Part shown: piece after piece, positions 1 to 9,801 of the stretch
Numbering within the stretch: the stretch's first letter is position 1
Layout of the letters: every line of letters begins with the position of its first letter
Source of the DNA: Thermodesulfobacteriota bacterium
Lineage (GTDB): Bacteria; Desulfobacterota; Desulfobacteria; Desulfobacterales; C00003060
Direction of reading: 5' to 3'
DNA: 64,000 bases
Assembly: GCA_034189385.1 (NCBI GenBank)
Contig: JAXHVD010000006.1
Location: 32,001 to 96,000 of the forward strand
Notes under the pieces: generated by a model
Databases searched by the model: none
What the model was told of the DNA's origin: nothing
The model's input: the letters and a program-made list of their open reading frames with translations, nothing else
Program-made: the position numbers and the translations under genes

Positions 1-1
1 T

Positions 2-1363
2 GCGAATCCCTTCAGGCCGGAAGGAGAAGATATTGGCAAGCCCCAGTCAACAGCGGAACAGCGTGAGGATATCGATGATGCGGTTTTGGAGCGTCTGCCT
101 CGGACATTGCTCCTGGCCCTGGCCGGGACATCGAAAGACCCTCAAGTGCTCATAACACTGGCCAACAGGTCCTGTCGCTTCGCCTTTGACAAAAAAGCTA
201 AAGTGCCTTGCGGTATGGTTTACGAAAAGACGAAAGAGGGCCAGTGGGCCCCTGTTATTTTGGATAGACCCCTCTTTGAACTCGTCTCCAACAACCCCTC
301 TTTGCCCGACCCATATAAGGAGCACATGGTTCTCGTTCCGGGAACCCAGGGAGACAGTGCCATTGTTGGCGAATATGCTCAAGGAGGGGCACACATTTGG
401 GAATACTTGCGGGAGAACAGCTACATCCCATGGGGCCATTTTGCAGCAAACATGGCCCAAGACGCCATTCGATATGACATAGGCGCTCTCACACAGGAGG
501 ATGTCTTGGGCCTCAGGCACCTTTATTACCAGAGGACCTACGTCCAGCTTGCTTCAAAGTTGGGCATGGCGCTGCCTGCTGTAAGACGGTCCCTGAGGGA
601 AAATGAATTGGAAGATCTGCGACTGGCACTGCTTCGTGAAATAGGACGATATCGCGAGCGTAGGGCTCCCCTGCCCTTTAATGCTACCATTTGGGGCCAG
701 AACTTCGGTTTTGATCTCTCCCCTGCAGGCTACCGACTCAATGCCTCACACCAACAGGTACACCAGCAGTTCGCCCTTGTCCCCTCCAGTGTGCCTGTTG
801 CCAACGGAAACCAAGAATCTTCTGAGGCGACCATGAGCACCTACACGCAAGGAGACCTGGTAGCCCAGTTTGTGAGGGACTTCAAGGAAAAGACGGATCG
901 GGATTTTTTTGATGCCTACCTCAAGGCCATCCAAGACAATAGGAGAATGGATGGCAAGAAAGACAAAAATAGGGGCTTGATCTTTTTTGAAGATAACAAC
1001 GTCATCGCCTTCGTCCCAAAGGCGCAACGGTCCCAGGGAGAAATCCAGATCATGACAAAGGTGGCCTGTGGGAATATCGTTGAAACAGACAGCAAGGTCC
1101 GCCAATCCCTTGATAGGGCCATATGGCTTGCCCTGAAGGTATTAGCGAATTTGGGAGTAGAGATGATGACTGCCCTGGAACTGTCCAAGAGGTTTGACCA
1201 TCTCGACTCTCATCAGCGCCTCCTGTATTGTTTTCTCCCAAAGCATCCCCAGTCTCCCGGTGGCTTCAGCGAATATCAACAGCGTTGGATCACCGGCCAT
1301 TATCCAGAGGACTTCGCTCAGGTTTGTCGCTCAGAGGCGAAAGAGATTGTGGCCCAGCAGTGA
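2..1363 (+). CDS. GalT/HIT-fold-like hypothetical protein, 5'-truncated by the window edge
   Basis: Frame is open from base 2 (ANPFRPEGEDI...). The segment WGQNFG...NASHQQVHQQF resembles the GalT NxGxxxGAS..HxHxQ region. Confidence 0.55.
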   Translation, partial: ANPFRPEGEDIGKPQSTAEQREDIDDAVLERLPRTLLLALAGTSKDPQVLITLANRSCRFAFDKKAKVPCGMVYEKTKEGQWAPVILDRPLFELVSNNPSLPDPYKEHMVLVPGTQGDSAIVGEYAQGGAHIWEYLRENSYIPWGHFAANMAQDAIRYDIGALTQEDVLGLRHLYYQRTYVQLASKLGMALPAVRRSLRENELEDLRLALLREIGRYRERRAPLPFNATIWGQNFGFDLSPAGYRLNASHQQVHQQFALVPSSVPVANGNQESSEATMSTYTQGDLVAQFVRDFKEKTDRDFFDAYLKAIQDNRRMDGKKDKNRGLIFFEDNNVIAFVPKAQRSQGEIQIMTKVACGNIVETDSKVRQSLDRAIWLALKVLANLGVEMMTALELSKRFDHLDSHQRLLYCFLPKHPQSPGGFSEYQQRWITGHYPEDFAQVCRSEAKEIVAQQ

Positions 1364-1380
1364 GACTGAACAGAATGCCC

Positions 1381-1623
1381 CTAGCCCCGTGGGGCCCATG
1401 ACAACCCCTTCAGCTCCTTTTTTAGCCTTTCAACGAATCGGCTTCTGGCCCTGACGTCTTTCTTGATGTGCTCTTTTACGGCCGCCCAGGTGGGGGAACA
1501 ATTCTTGTACTCCACGCCCACCACTCGGTGGATGACGCTGTCTACCTCCTTTTTGTTCTTTTCGGTGATCTCCACCCCGACCTCTTCAAAAATCTCCCTC
1601 ATGTGCCGAAAGTAGCAGGACAT
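1381..1623 (-). CDS. small hypothetical protein (80 aa)
   Basis: AAGGAGG RBS before ATG; protein-like helical composition. Confidence 0.7.
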   Translation of the reverse strand: MSCYFRHMREIFEEVGVEITEKNKKEVDSVIHRVVGVEYKNCSPTWAAVKEHIKKDVRARSRFVERLKKELKGLSWAPRG

Positions 1624-1686
1624 GTCACGCCTCCTTGGTCTCTTTCAAATGAACGACCCAGCAGCAAGCGCAGGGGGTATCATATG

Positions 1687-2430
1687 TCATGCCGGAACGA
1701 ATCCAGCAGGCACCACCCCTCGACCCTTCATCCAGGCCTCGCTCAAAGATGGATCTTCAAGGCACCTTTTCATGGCTCTCGCCATCAATAGGGTGTCCAC
1801 TTGGCACCCCCTATCCTTGCAGACTTGCTCCACGCCTGCCTTTACAGTCATGAAAATGTCATACCTGTGAGCATATCCCTCTACCTCCACTAGACGACTG
1901 TTGGATTCCAATGCTTTCTTGCATGCATCACCACTAAGCGAGTGCAAGGCCCGGCAGACAAAGGGCCTCACAGGGTACACAGAGCATCGTCCCTTGGCGA
2001 GAAAAATACAAGGGGTCTCGCGCCGCGTCAAAGCCCGCTCTTCCAGACTCTTTCCCTCTGTCCGCTCAAGAGTCTTTTCGATTCTATCCATGAAGTCCAG
2101 CTTCTCCTGCCTGGAGTAAGTCTTGTCTACATGATGAAAAATGAGAAAGGCCTCAAGGGGTGTCAAATAGACCTGATAAAAACAACAGTAGCAACACCCT
2201 GCTTTGCACGCCAATGGTTCAGAGAGAGGTTCTCTTGACTCAAAGTCCTCTATGACACGATCTGCGAATCGAAGGGCCCTTGCAGCCAACTCCAAGGCGC
2301 CCTCTTTTGTCCTGCCTTGCTCGAATATCTCAATGGCCATCTCCCTTGCCATCACAAAGAGATGATCCTCTTGGACTTCGTCTCTTTCAGGCCCTGAGGC
2401 CTGCTCCTTCTTGCCGCTTTCCACAGCCAT
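1687..2430 (-). CDS. YkgJ/CxxCxxCC cysteine-cluster protein
   Basis: Motifs CKAGCCYCC, CIFL, CSVYPVRPFVCR. Confidence 0.85.
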   Translation of the reverse strand: MAVESGKKEQASGPERDEVQEDHLFVMAREMAIEIFEQGRTKEGALELAARALRFADRVIEDFESREPLSEPLACKAGCCYCCFYQVYLTPLEAFLIFHHVDKTYSRQEKLDFMDRIEKTLERTEGKSLEERALTRRETPCIFLAKGRCSVYPVRPFVCRALHSLSGDACKKALESNSRLVEVEGYAHRYDIFMTVKAGVEQVCKDRGCQVDTLLMARAMKRCLEDPSLSEAWMKGRGVVPAGFVPA

Positions 2431-2521
2431 GGTGATTAACCCTTTGACGCTTCAGGATCCTGCGCCACTGACCTCAAGGGGTCATGCTTTTTAAAAACAG
2501 TCGAAGCTGGAGATCTCTCGT

Positions 2522-3193
2522 TCACTTGCCCCTGCCCATGGAGGTGTCAAAAGAATCTAACAGGAGCCCTTTCAACGCTTCCTCCTTTCCAAGATAGAAG
2601 TGGTCTGCTCCTGGGATTACTTCTATGAGTCTTTCAGCTCTGCGGTTAGAAATTTTGGCGGCCACCTGGCGAGGGGGCGCGATGTCGTCATGTTCGCCCA
2701 ATATGATCTTCCTCACCACAGGAAGTTCCAAAGACAGATCGTCAGGCAATATAAAGGGAGGGGGAGAGATTAGCAAAAGGTGGTCCACGCCATGTTTCTC
2801 CCTGTGGCAGTAGGCCAAAGCGACGCACGCACCAAAGGAGTAACCCACAACAACGTTGGTCTTGGGGCAATAACGCCTCTCCATAAAATGTAGAGCAGAG
2901 CCCATATCGTCTTGCTCACCGGCGCCGTCATCGTAGCGTCCCTGACTGCCGCCCACACCGCGGAAATTGAAGCGCAATGTGGTGAGATCGCCCAATTGCC
3001 CTGCCAGAACCACGGTCTCTACGACATTATTATCCATGCTTCCCCCGTAGAGGGGGTGGGGATGAAGCACGATAAGTGCCCCCTCTTTGGGGGAGGTCTC
3101 ATTGGAAACACGCCCTTTAATGACACCGCTGGGCCCAGGGAAGGCCACCGGTCTTTCTGCCCCCAGGTCAAGGCGCACCATACCCTCCTCCAT
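2522..3193 (-). CDS. alpha/beta hydrolase
   Basis: HPHPLYGGSMDN, RFNFRGVG, GYSFG nucleophile elbow, GADHF. Confidence 0.9.
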   Translation of the reverse strand: MEEGMVRLDLGAERPVAFPGPSGVIKGRVSNETSPKEGALIVLHPHPLYGGSMDNNVVETVVLAGQLGDLTTLRFNFRGVGGSQGRYDDGAGEQDDMGSALHFMERRYCPKTNVVVGYSFGACVALAYCHREKHGVDHLLLISPPPFILPDDLSLELPVVRKIILGEHDDIAPPRQVAAKISNRRAERLIEVIPGADHFYLGKEEALKGLLLDSFDTSMGRGK

Positions 3194-3274
3194 GCTTCTT
3201 GCTGCGGCGAAACAGATTCACCTCTATCACAATATCTACCATCAGTCTAGGCGTCTCCCATCTCCGGTATTCCC

Positions 3275-3303
3275 TTGACCATTAGATGTCACTCCGTTAT
3301 AGA
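3275..3303 (+). promoter_or_regulatory. sigma70-like promoter
   Basis: TTGACC-N17-TATAGA. Confidence 0.5.
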
Positions 3304-3604
3304 TAGACGCTAGCCTGTGCCCGCAGGAACCCGAGGGCCCCTTCACTTAGAACCTCGAGTCCTGTCTTTGGCCGGGCCCCAACGAAGGCACCATGCTGGA
3401 AGATGCCAAACAATCAACCTTCTTCCTGCCGCCCGTTTTCACGGGGGCAACGACTACTTGCAAAAAGCAGCGAAGCTGATTGGCCACACCCCCTTTGATG
3501 GCCGTTCAAAAAGCTTCCACATGGGCAGCCGTGGCCCTTGGGGCAATGAAGGGTTTCACTGCAATCATGATTGCAGTTTAAGAAAGCAAAAGAGGAAAGT
3601 GGAA

Positions 3605-4180
3605 ATGAACATCACGGAAGCGAAAAAGATCTTGGGTAAAAAATTCAGTTTTACAGCAGATTTCACCAATAAGGTGATTCAAGATCTCAAGTTGCCGCAA
3701 GAGGCAGAGGTTTTGGATGTGGGCACCGGGCCAGGGAACATGGCAATAGCCCTTGCATTAAATGGCTATAAGGTATTAACAGGAGAACCCGAAGACGATC
3801 ATTCCAGATATGCCAAAGAAAATTGGCACAACAGTGCCAAAAAAGTGAAGGTTGATCATTTGATTCAGTTTAAGGCTTTTGACGCCAAGAAGATGCCATT
3901 TGACGGTCATACCTTTGATGCGATTTTCTTCTTGGGCTCCCTCCACCATATCGACAACGATCATCGGCACGATGTATTGAAGGAATGCTTCCGTGTTTGC
4001 AAATCTTACGGGATTATTTGTTTTTTCGAACCAAATCAAAAAATGATTAAGATCATCAAGGAGAATGATGCGTCACATCCTAATGCTGCAAATCCGGAAG
4101 CATATACCCAAGGACTTTCTTTGACATCAAAGAAAGTGGAGGGGGAATTCTTTGATGCCTTTGTCCTTCAAAAACAGTAA
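3605..4180 (+). CDS. class I SAM-dependent methyltransferase
   Basis: VLDVGTGPG motif I and FDAIFFLGSLHH. Start reassigned to ATG 3605, which follows a purine-rich RBS-like run. Confidence 0.85.
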   Translation: MNITEAKKILGKKFSFTADFTNKVIQDLKLPQEAEVLDVGTGPGNMAIALALNGYKVLTGEPEDDHSRYAKENWHNSAKKVKVDHLIQFKAFDAKKMPFDGHTFDAIFFLGSLHHIDNDHRHDVLKECFRVCKSYGIICFFEPNQKMIKIIKENDASHPNAANPEAYTQGLSLTSKKVEGEFFDAFVLQKQ

Positions 4181-4275
4181 GCACACCTGGCCCGGCACTG
4201 CCACAACCGTGATAGGGCGTTGTTCATGCCAATGATTTCTCATAGGCTCATAACCATCAAGACGAAGAAAATCCC

Positions 4276-4992
4276 ATGTCGATTCATCTAAGAAGCATTA
4301 CACTCGTGCCTGAGAAATACCCTACCCGTGAGCACTATCCCTTTACTTTGCCTATCTTTTGTCAAACCAAATATCTAGCCTTTGATACGCCAGTGACTTT
4401 CTTCGTGGGCGAGAATGGCACTGGCAAGTCTACGCTTCTAGAAGCAATGGCCCAGGCATGTGGTACCCACATCTGGCGTGCCCCCGGGGGCACCCGATAC
4501 CAAGTGAACCCTTTCGAAGGTCTACTGCACCATTGTCTTGGCCTCGAATGGTCTAATGGATGGGTTCCCGGGGCCTTCTTCGGCTCGGAGATCTTCAAAG
4601 ATTTCACTTATCTTGTGGACGAGTGGGCGGCATCAGATCCTGGTCAACTGAAATACTATGGCGGCAAATCCTTGGTGACGCTCTCCCATGGTCAATCTCT
4701 CATGTCGTACTTCCGTAGCCGGTACCAGATCAAAGGCATTTATTTTCTCGATGAACCGGAGACAGCCCTTTCTCCACGCAGTCAGCTTGAGTTACTCGAG
4801 ATTCTGGGCACCAATAGCCAGGCTGGTCACGCCCAGTTCCTTATTGCTACCCATTCCCCGATTCTGCTAGCCTGCGCGGGAGCCAAAATCTACAGCTTCG
4901 ACCACGTGCCCCCCTGTCCTATAGCGTACGAAGAGACTGAGCACTACCGGATATACAAGGATTTCCTCATGGATCGAAAAAGTCGTCCCTAG
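4276..4992 (+). CDS. ABC/AAA-type ATPase (stand-alone, COG3910-like)
   Basis: GENGTGKST Walker A, LSHGQ signature, FLDEPE Walker B, ATHSP. Confidence 0.9.
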   Translation: MSIHLRSITLVPEKYPTREHYPFTLPIFCQTKYLAFDTPVTFFVGENGTGKSTLLEAMAQACGTHIWRAPGGTRYQVNPFEGLLHHCLGLEWSNGWVPGAFFGSEIFKDFTYLVDEWAASDPGQLKYYGGKSLVTLSHGQSLMSYFRSRYQIKGIYFLDEPETALSPRSQLELLEILGTNSQAGHAQFLIATHSPILLACAGAKIYSFDHVPPCPIAYEETEHYRIYKDFLMDRKSRP

Positions 4993-5129
4993 TTCATATT
5001 TTCTCCTAGTGTATGGACAAGCGGTGCCCCCATGTCACCCCAGAACAGGCATCTCCAGGGAGAATCCCCTTATCGACTTCCCTCCATGATAATGTCTTAA
5101 GGTACCGTCAAGAAACTTTGGCACTTTTC

Positions 5130-5183
5130 TGAACCGAATAAGCGAGCGCATTCCCCGTGGCTTGCCACGGGCAGGGTTCAATC
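5130..5183 (-). repeat. palindromic MITE/REP-like element, short copy
   Basis: Reverse complement matches both ends of the 52135-52255 element; internal hairpin CCCGTGGCTTGCCACGGG. Confidence 0.8.
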
Positions 5184-5249
5184 CGGCCTCTGTTGCCTAT
5201 GAATGAAAGAAGTAGTAACTTGCTTCTTGTGTCGAAAGGGATTGGATGG

Positions 5250-5942
5250 TCAAACGTTAAAGCGTATTTCGACAATGGTGTTTTCCGGAATGGCATAGTC
5301 GCGACCAACGAGCCTGGCCAACCCCTTGGAGCGAGCGTCATTCATGTTGTGGGCCCTCATCATGTCGTTATAGCCTACAAGCTCTGCCTTGATAAATCCC
5401 TGGGCTAGATCAGAATGGATTTTACCGGCACACGTGACAGCATCTGCGCCTTTCTCCACGAACCATGCGTGAACTTCCTGCCTGCCCACCGTGTAGAAGA
5501 ACATCATCCCCGCTTTCTCCATGATGGCACCACACACAGCATTAGCATCCGCTGAGGCATCCTCAAAGACCACCGTGGGCTTGAAGCTCAGCAGGCCCAG
5601 TCCGTTCACCATAACCCGTTGGCTGCCGTCCATGGGCAAATCACAGATCGGCTTCTGATCCTCGAGATGGGCCAGGCACTTCTCAAGCACCCCCTTCTCC
5701 ACCGGGTCCTTTGCCCTGGAAAGTCGGACTTCGATCTTCTCCATATCAAGGATGAGAAGGTCCAGGACACGGTCATCTGCTATGGCAATGGCGTCAGCCC
5801 CCACGTAGTCATCCAACATGAACTCGAAGTAGTACGGAGATGACTTTTCAGGCTGAAATTTCATGGCAAGATCCACAAAGATCCGGTCATCGTATTTCAT
5901 CTTGCCTTCGGGTAGGTCCAGCCCTGTAAATGCTATTTTCAT
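5250..5942 (-). CDS. short YchF-like (DUF933/TGS) protein lacking the P-loop
   Basis: C-terminal FFYTVG..EVHAW..AGKIHSDLAQGFIKAE..IRFNV is the YchF C-terminal domain; no GxxxxGKS/T present. Confidence 0.85.
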   Translation of the reverse strand: MKIAFTGLDLPEGKMKYDDRIFVDLAMKFQPEKSSPYYFEFMLDDYVGADAIAIADDRVLDLLILDMEKIEVRLSRAKDPVEKGVLEKCLAHLEDQKPICDLPMDGSQRVMVNGLGLLSFKPTVVFEDASADANAVCGAIMEKAGMMFFYTVGRQEVHAWFVEKGADAVTCAGKIHSDLAQGFIKAELVGYNDMMRAHNMNDARSKGLARLVGRDYAIPENTIVEIRFNV

Positions 5943-6366
5943 TTTTCAAGCAAACCTTTCGTATGAAGGCGCATCCAGGGACGGCCCTGAATGCCCATGA
6001 GTTACAAATGGGCTCATCACCTGCAGGCGTATTCGCCTCTGGTGAATGAGATGGTTATCCTGTCATCTTAAAGGCCCATGGGCCTCAAGATCCAGCCTAT
6101 CACCGGGTTTAAAAAATGCTTAAGACTTGAACTTTTTCTTCAGGAGTTCAATTGAAGACGGCGATTTGGTCAGGTTGAAAACGGTGACACCATTATTTTG
6201 ACATTACTGAGTCACTCGTGAATACGCTCAGTAACGGTTGCGGCATGTCACTTAGCTCCCCTAACATTGTTAGGTCTATTCATCCAAATCCGACGCACCT
6301 TCCTCATTTTTCCCATATCTAAAAAAATCATACCACGATATCAGGTGCCTCTCCTGGCGCGATCTT

Positions 6367-7320
6367 TCAGCCCTCCCCGGCATAAGCCACGGGCTCGACA
6401 TCTGTAAACTCCATGGCTAATTGGGCGGTGCGCTGGGCCACGTTTTCACAAAAGTCCCTCTGTGTCGATGGAGATACCTTGCCCAGGATATGGAGACAAT
6501 CAGCGCTGCCAAATGCTGATACGAATCTCTCGTAGAGCTTTCCCACACGCAAGCTGGCCCTGAAAGATGGGTGAAGATCTTCCTGGTGAAAGACCCTGCT
6601 CCCTTCTTTCATTGCCACCAGTCCTGCCCTAAAGAGCTGGCTGTGATGTCTTTCCCGCAGATCCCTTCCGTATAACACGCCCAGTGCCAAGACTGCTCCC
6701 ATGAGAGCCCCGCATATGTCTCCCTGCAATGCGATACCCCCAGAAAATCCGCGGCTTATTTCTTTAATGGAACTCAAGTCGACGTTGAGCTGAGACTCCA
6801 TTCGTTTCAGCACGACATCGGCACAGGGGAACGGCCTATGGAAGGGAGGTCTTCTTTGATATCTGCCTTCTGAAGGAAGTCTTATAGCACCCTTTTCAAC
6901 AATATCAAAAACAGATTCTATAGAAGTGTAAACCACTGTCAAGCATTTCATTCCCTTCAGGAAAAAACGCCTGATGTCATATCCGGCCTTAAAGCTCACG
7001 CCGGTGATATCCCTGCACTTACTGCTACCAAAACGCCTTTTGAATCTGTGGTAATACTCCATACAGTGGGGGTACAGGCAGTCACAGACATGATCCCGGT
7101 GGTACAGGCCCAAAGATAAGATTCCTCCGGTGAGGGCGCCGCAGGTATCTCCCTCGTGGCCAATGCCACCCCCCAGACCAGCAGCTGCCCTTAGTATCTT
7201 CCTGTCTTCCAAACCCAGAAGCCACTGGGTTGCCATCAGAACGGCCTGGGCTCAGGTAGCTCCACCAAAGACGTATTTGATGGCCTCAGAAAAGGCCTTT
7301 TGTGTTCTTGACCTTGCCAT
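6367..7320 (-). CDS. tandem C-GCAxxG-C-C family redox protein, probable selenoprotein (UGA at 7252-7254)
   Basis: Two TCGALTG/ICGALMG domains. The frame extends upstream as MARSRTQKAFSEAIKYVFGGAT-UGA-AQAVLM, with a hairpin downstream of the UGA. Confidence 0.8.
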
Positions 7321-7323
7321 CAC

Positions 7324-8175
7324 CTAGAATGTGGCGCTCCAGCCGGCACAGGCAAATGCGAACCGGTCCTTAAATCTATTGCAGCATGCAGCAGCCGCGT
7401 GCTGTCCGGTGCAGTGAGAAACGGCAACGAGGCCCACTTGATAGTCGTCAAAGGCATCCATAGACTTTTCCAGTTGCTCAGCACTGTTCAGATAACCCAG
7501 ATGGGTACCTCCTATGACAGCACGAAACACCTTGTGGCCGCTATGTGACGAAAAATGGTTCATCACGTTGACGACCCCTGCATGGGCGCATCCGAGCAAG
7601 ATGACGGGCCCTTGATCTGTTTCGATCAAGAGGCTGACGTCGTCCCGTAAGGGATCATTGCTCATCTTTTCACCGTGTGCCACCTTGAGTCGGTTGTCTG
7701 GATGCTCAAAAACGGTCTTCCTCGGGACCTCTCCGGAAAAGAAGAGGCCCGGTGCAATCTCGGAAAACCCCTCTATGAACTTAAATCGAGCCCCCAGTGC
7801 CCCTTCCAGATAATCGCGGGAATACCTGATGCCGATGAAAATACGCTCTTTGCCATCAGACGTCTTCAGCTCCGCATACTTCTTAGTGAAAACGTCTGGA
7901 TGGGCCATGACCGTCACCCCCCGCCGAGGGTCCAGCACGGCAGGAAGTCCACCTGTGTGATCGTAGTGGCCGTGACTGAGGACCACCGTCTTTACCTCTG
8001 CCAGGTTGACCCCCAAGGCCTTTGCATTGCCAGCCAGGGACATCCCTTGGCCCGTGTCAAAAAGGATCTTCTCTTGGCCCCTTTCAATAAGGGCGGAGAA
8101 TCCATGCTCTCCTGTGATTCCCATTGCCTTGCCGGCAGTATTCTCGCAAAGAACGGTTATTTTTGTCTGGCCCAT
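7324..8175 (-). CDS. MBL-fold metallo-hydrolase (COG1237-like)
   Basis: EHGFS, LFDTG, SHGHYDHTGG, GCAHAG, GGTHL, SHCTG. Confidence 0.9.
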   Translation of the reverse strand: MGQTKITVLCENTAGKAMGITGEHGFSALIERGQEKILFDTGQGMSLAGNAKALGVNLAEVKTVVLSHGHYDHTGGLPAVLDPRRGVTVMAHPDVFTKKYAELKTSDGKERIFIGIRYSRDYLEGALGARFKFIEGFSEIAPGLFFSGEVPRKTVFEHPDNRLKVAHGEKMSNDPLRDDVSLLIETDQGPVILLGCAHAGVVNVMNHFSSHSGHKVFRAVIGGTHLGYLNSAEQLEKSMDAFDDYQVGLVAVSHCTGQHAAAACCNRFKDRFAFACAGWSATF

Positions 8176-8628
8176 AAATCCCTCCGTAATGAAAATGTAG
8201 CCTGGCGAGTCTCCTTCGCCAGTTCATAATGGGGTTTTCACTTTGATCTCTTAAGGGTGCCTGGCAGCCCTCTTTTTGAAAGAGCCTCTCCACACTGGTT
8301 GTCATGGTCACGAAGCGAACAAAAACAACCTGGGATGAAGTCGCAACGGGGCGTATCACAGCAGGATCTTATAGTCCAGGATATTCACCACAGCCCCTTT
8401 CATCATCCCTTCCTCTGGTCCCGTTAAGCCTCAAGGGGCCCACTGATCAGGTAAGATGGATCCACATGCCAGGATCGGCCCTTTTCAGCCCAGGGACCTT
8501 TGCCATGGCAGCCAACTGGAATCTGTTGACACAGGGGCGATTTTATGGCCTTTTAGGCAGCCATTGGGATACTGCTAAAAAGCGGATCGGCGCGATTTCG
8601 CCAGAAAAGGGATCGGGCCGAGGAAGGA

Positions 8629-8814
8629 GTGGTTGTGGGGTTTCTCAGCAAACTCCTTGGAGGGACTAATCCCCCCAAGGAGACGCCCAAACTGGGGCGA
8701 AATGACCTGTGTTGGTGTGGAAGTGGAAAGAAATACAAGAAATGCCATTTAGAGTCAGATCTGCGCAAGAAGCGCCATAGGGCCGGGGCCTCCAACTGCA
8801 CCGCCTCTTCTTGA
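8629..8814 (+). CDS. small SEC-C motif zinc-binding protein
   Basis: [19 protein letters not shown]. Confidence 0.8.
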   Translation: MVVGFLSKLLGGTNPPKETPKLGRNDLCWCGSGKKYKKCHLESDLRKKRHRAGASNCTASS

Positions 8815-8989
8815 TCCATATAGAAAGGCGCCGTGAGCGCCTGTGTGTGCCGAAATGGAGTAAGACACTCCGTGAACAGCATCTCCAGAGGTCCTAGACG
8901 TGACGGGCCATGCCATGTCCAAGTATGGGAGAGACCACCGTCACTTTATCAAAAAATGAGAAAGAGAAGATAGGCAGGGTGAGCGTCCT

Positions 8990-9739
8990 ATGTCGGTGAA
9001 GGATGACTTTCTGGTTGACCTGGAAGAAGAGATCCTCTCAGAGGCAGCCCAGAACCTTTTTTCAAGACGGCTTCGACTTGAAAGAGAGATTGACGCCTTT
9101 TTGCAGGCAGCGGCCAACGTTCGGAAGCAAATGGACAAGACACTTACCGCGGCAAGTAAGCTGCATCAGGTGGTCATCGAACCGAAGAAGCTTTACACAG
9201 CATTGGGTATTGAACCAAAGGGGCTTTTAAAGGCACAGAGACCCAAAATGCCTTTGGTTCCACTGGAGGTCCCCTTTCGCCTTACCATGAAAGGACGTTA
9301 CCTGGCCCTTGTGGAGTCGTTGTATGCCAAGCTGGCAGCAGAGACAGAAAAATACAATCACGGAGAGCCTTACAGAAATCCTGAAACCGATTTGATGACG
9401 CGAACGGCCCATTACGAAGAATTGAGGAGATGGCATGAGGAGGTGAATAACCACATAGTCACAGAGAACAAAAATCGCCCAAGCTACTCGCTGCAGCTTG
9501 CCAAGGCGTTTCACACTGATTTGTGCCAGAAAGAGAAGACCCTGGAGCCCTGCACATGGAGCAGCAATGGCTGCGACCTTGACGAGAGGCTTGCATTTAA
9601 GGGCGTCCCTTTTTCGTGTACGGGTTTGGTTGAAATACCGGTGCTCCCACCGGCCCGTGATATAAGAACAAGGCTTCGCCGCTTCCTCGAAGAAATCTAT
9701 GACCGTCATTATGGAGAGATTTATCCGTTACTCGTCTGA
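8990..9739 (+). CDS. hypothetical protein
   Basis: 249-aa ORF with helical composition; no recognised motif. Confidence 0.7.
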   Translation: MSVKDDFLVDLEEEILSEAAQNLFSRRLRLEREIDAFLQAAANVRKQMDKTLTAASKLHQVVIEPKKLYTALGIEPKGLLKAQRPKMPLVPLEVPFRLTMKGRYLALVESLYAKLAAETEKYNHGEPYRNPETDLMTRTAHYEELRRWHEEVNNHIVTENKNRPSYSLQLAKAFHTDLCQKEKTLEPCTWSSNGCDLDERLAFKGVPFSCTGLVEIPVLPPARDIRTRLRRFLEEIYDRHYGEIYPLLV

Positions 9740-9801
9740 AGAGGTTAAGCACAGCATTTCTAAAAGCCATGGGTCCCTTTAGAGGACTCCTTCCCAGCCT
9801 C

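Noticed and set aside
3317..3604. 96-codon N-terminal extension of the methyltransferase in the ORF track
   Set aside because: No RBS at 3317 and non-protein-like composition; ATG 3605 fits the domain start.
7321..7326. TAG of the MBL gene in frame with the downstream selenoprotein (possible pyrrolysine read-through fusion)
   Set aside because: The MBL domain ends at its normal C-terminus and GTG/ATG follow at once. The same stop-start abutment occurs at trxA/trxB, so translational coupling explains it.
8195..8230. CTGGCGA..TCGCCAG hairpin before the MBL gene, resembling fluoride or ZTP riboswitch starts
   Set aside because: The downstream pseudoknot and consensus segments of either class are absent.
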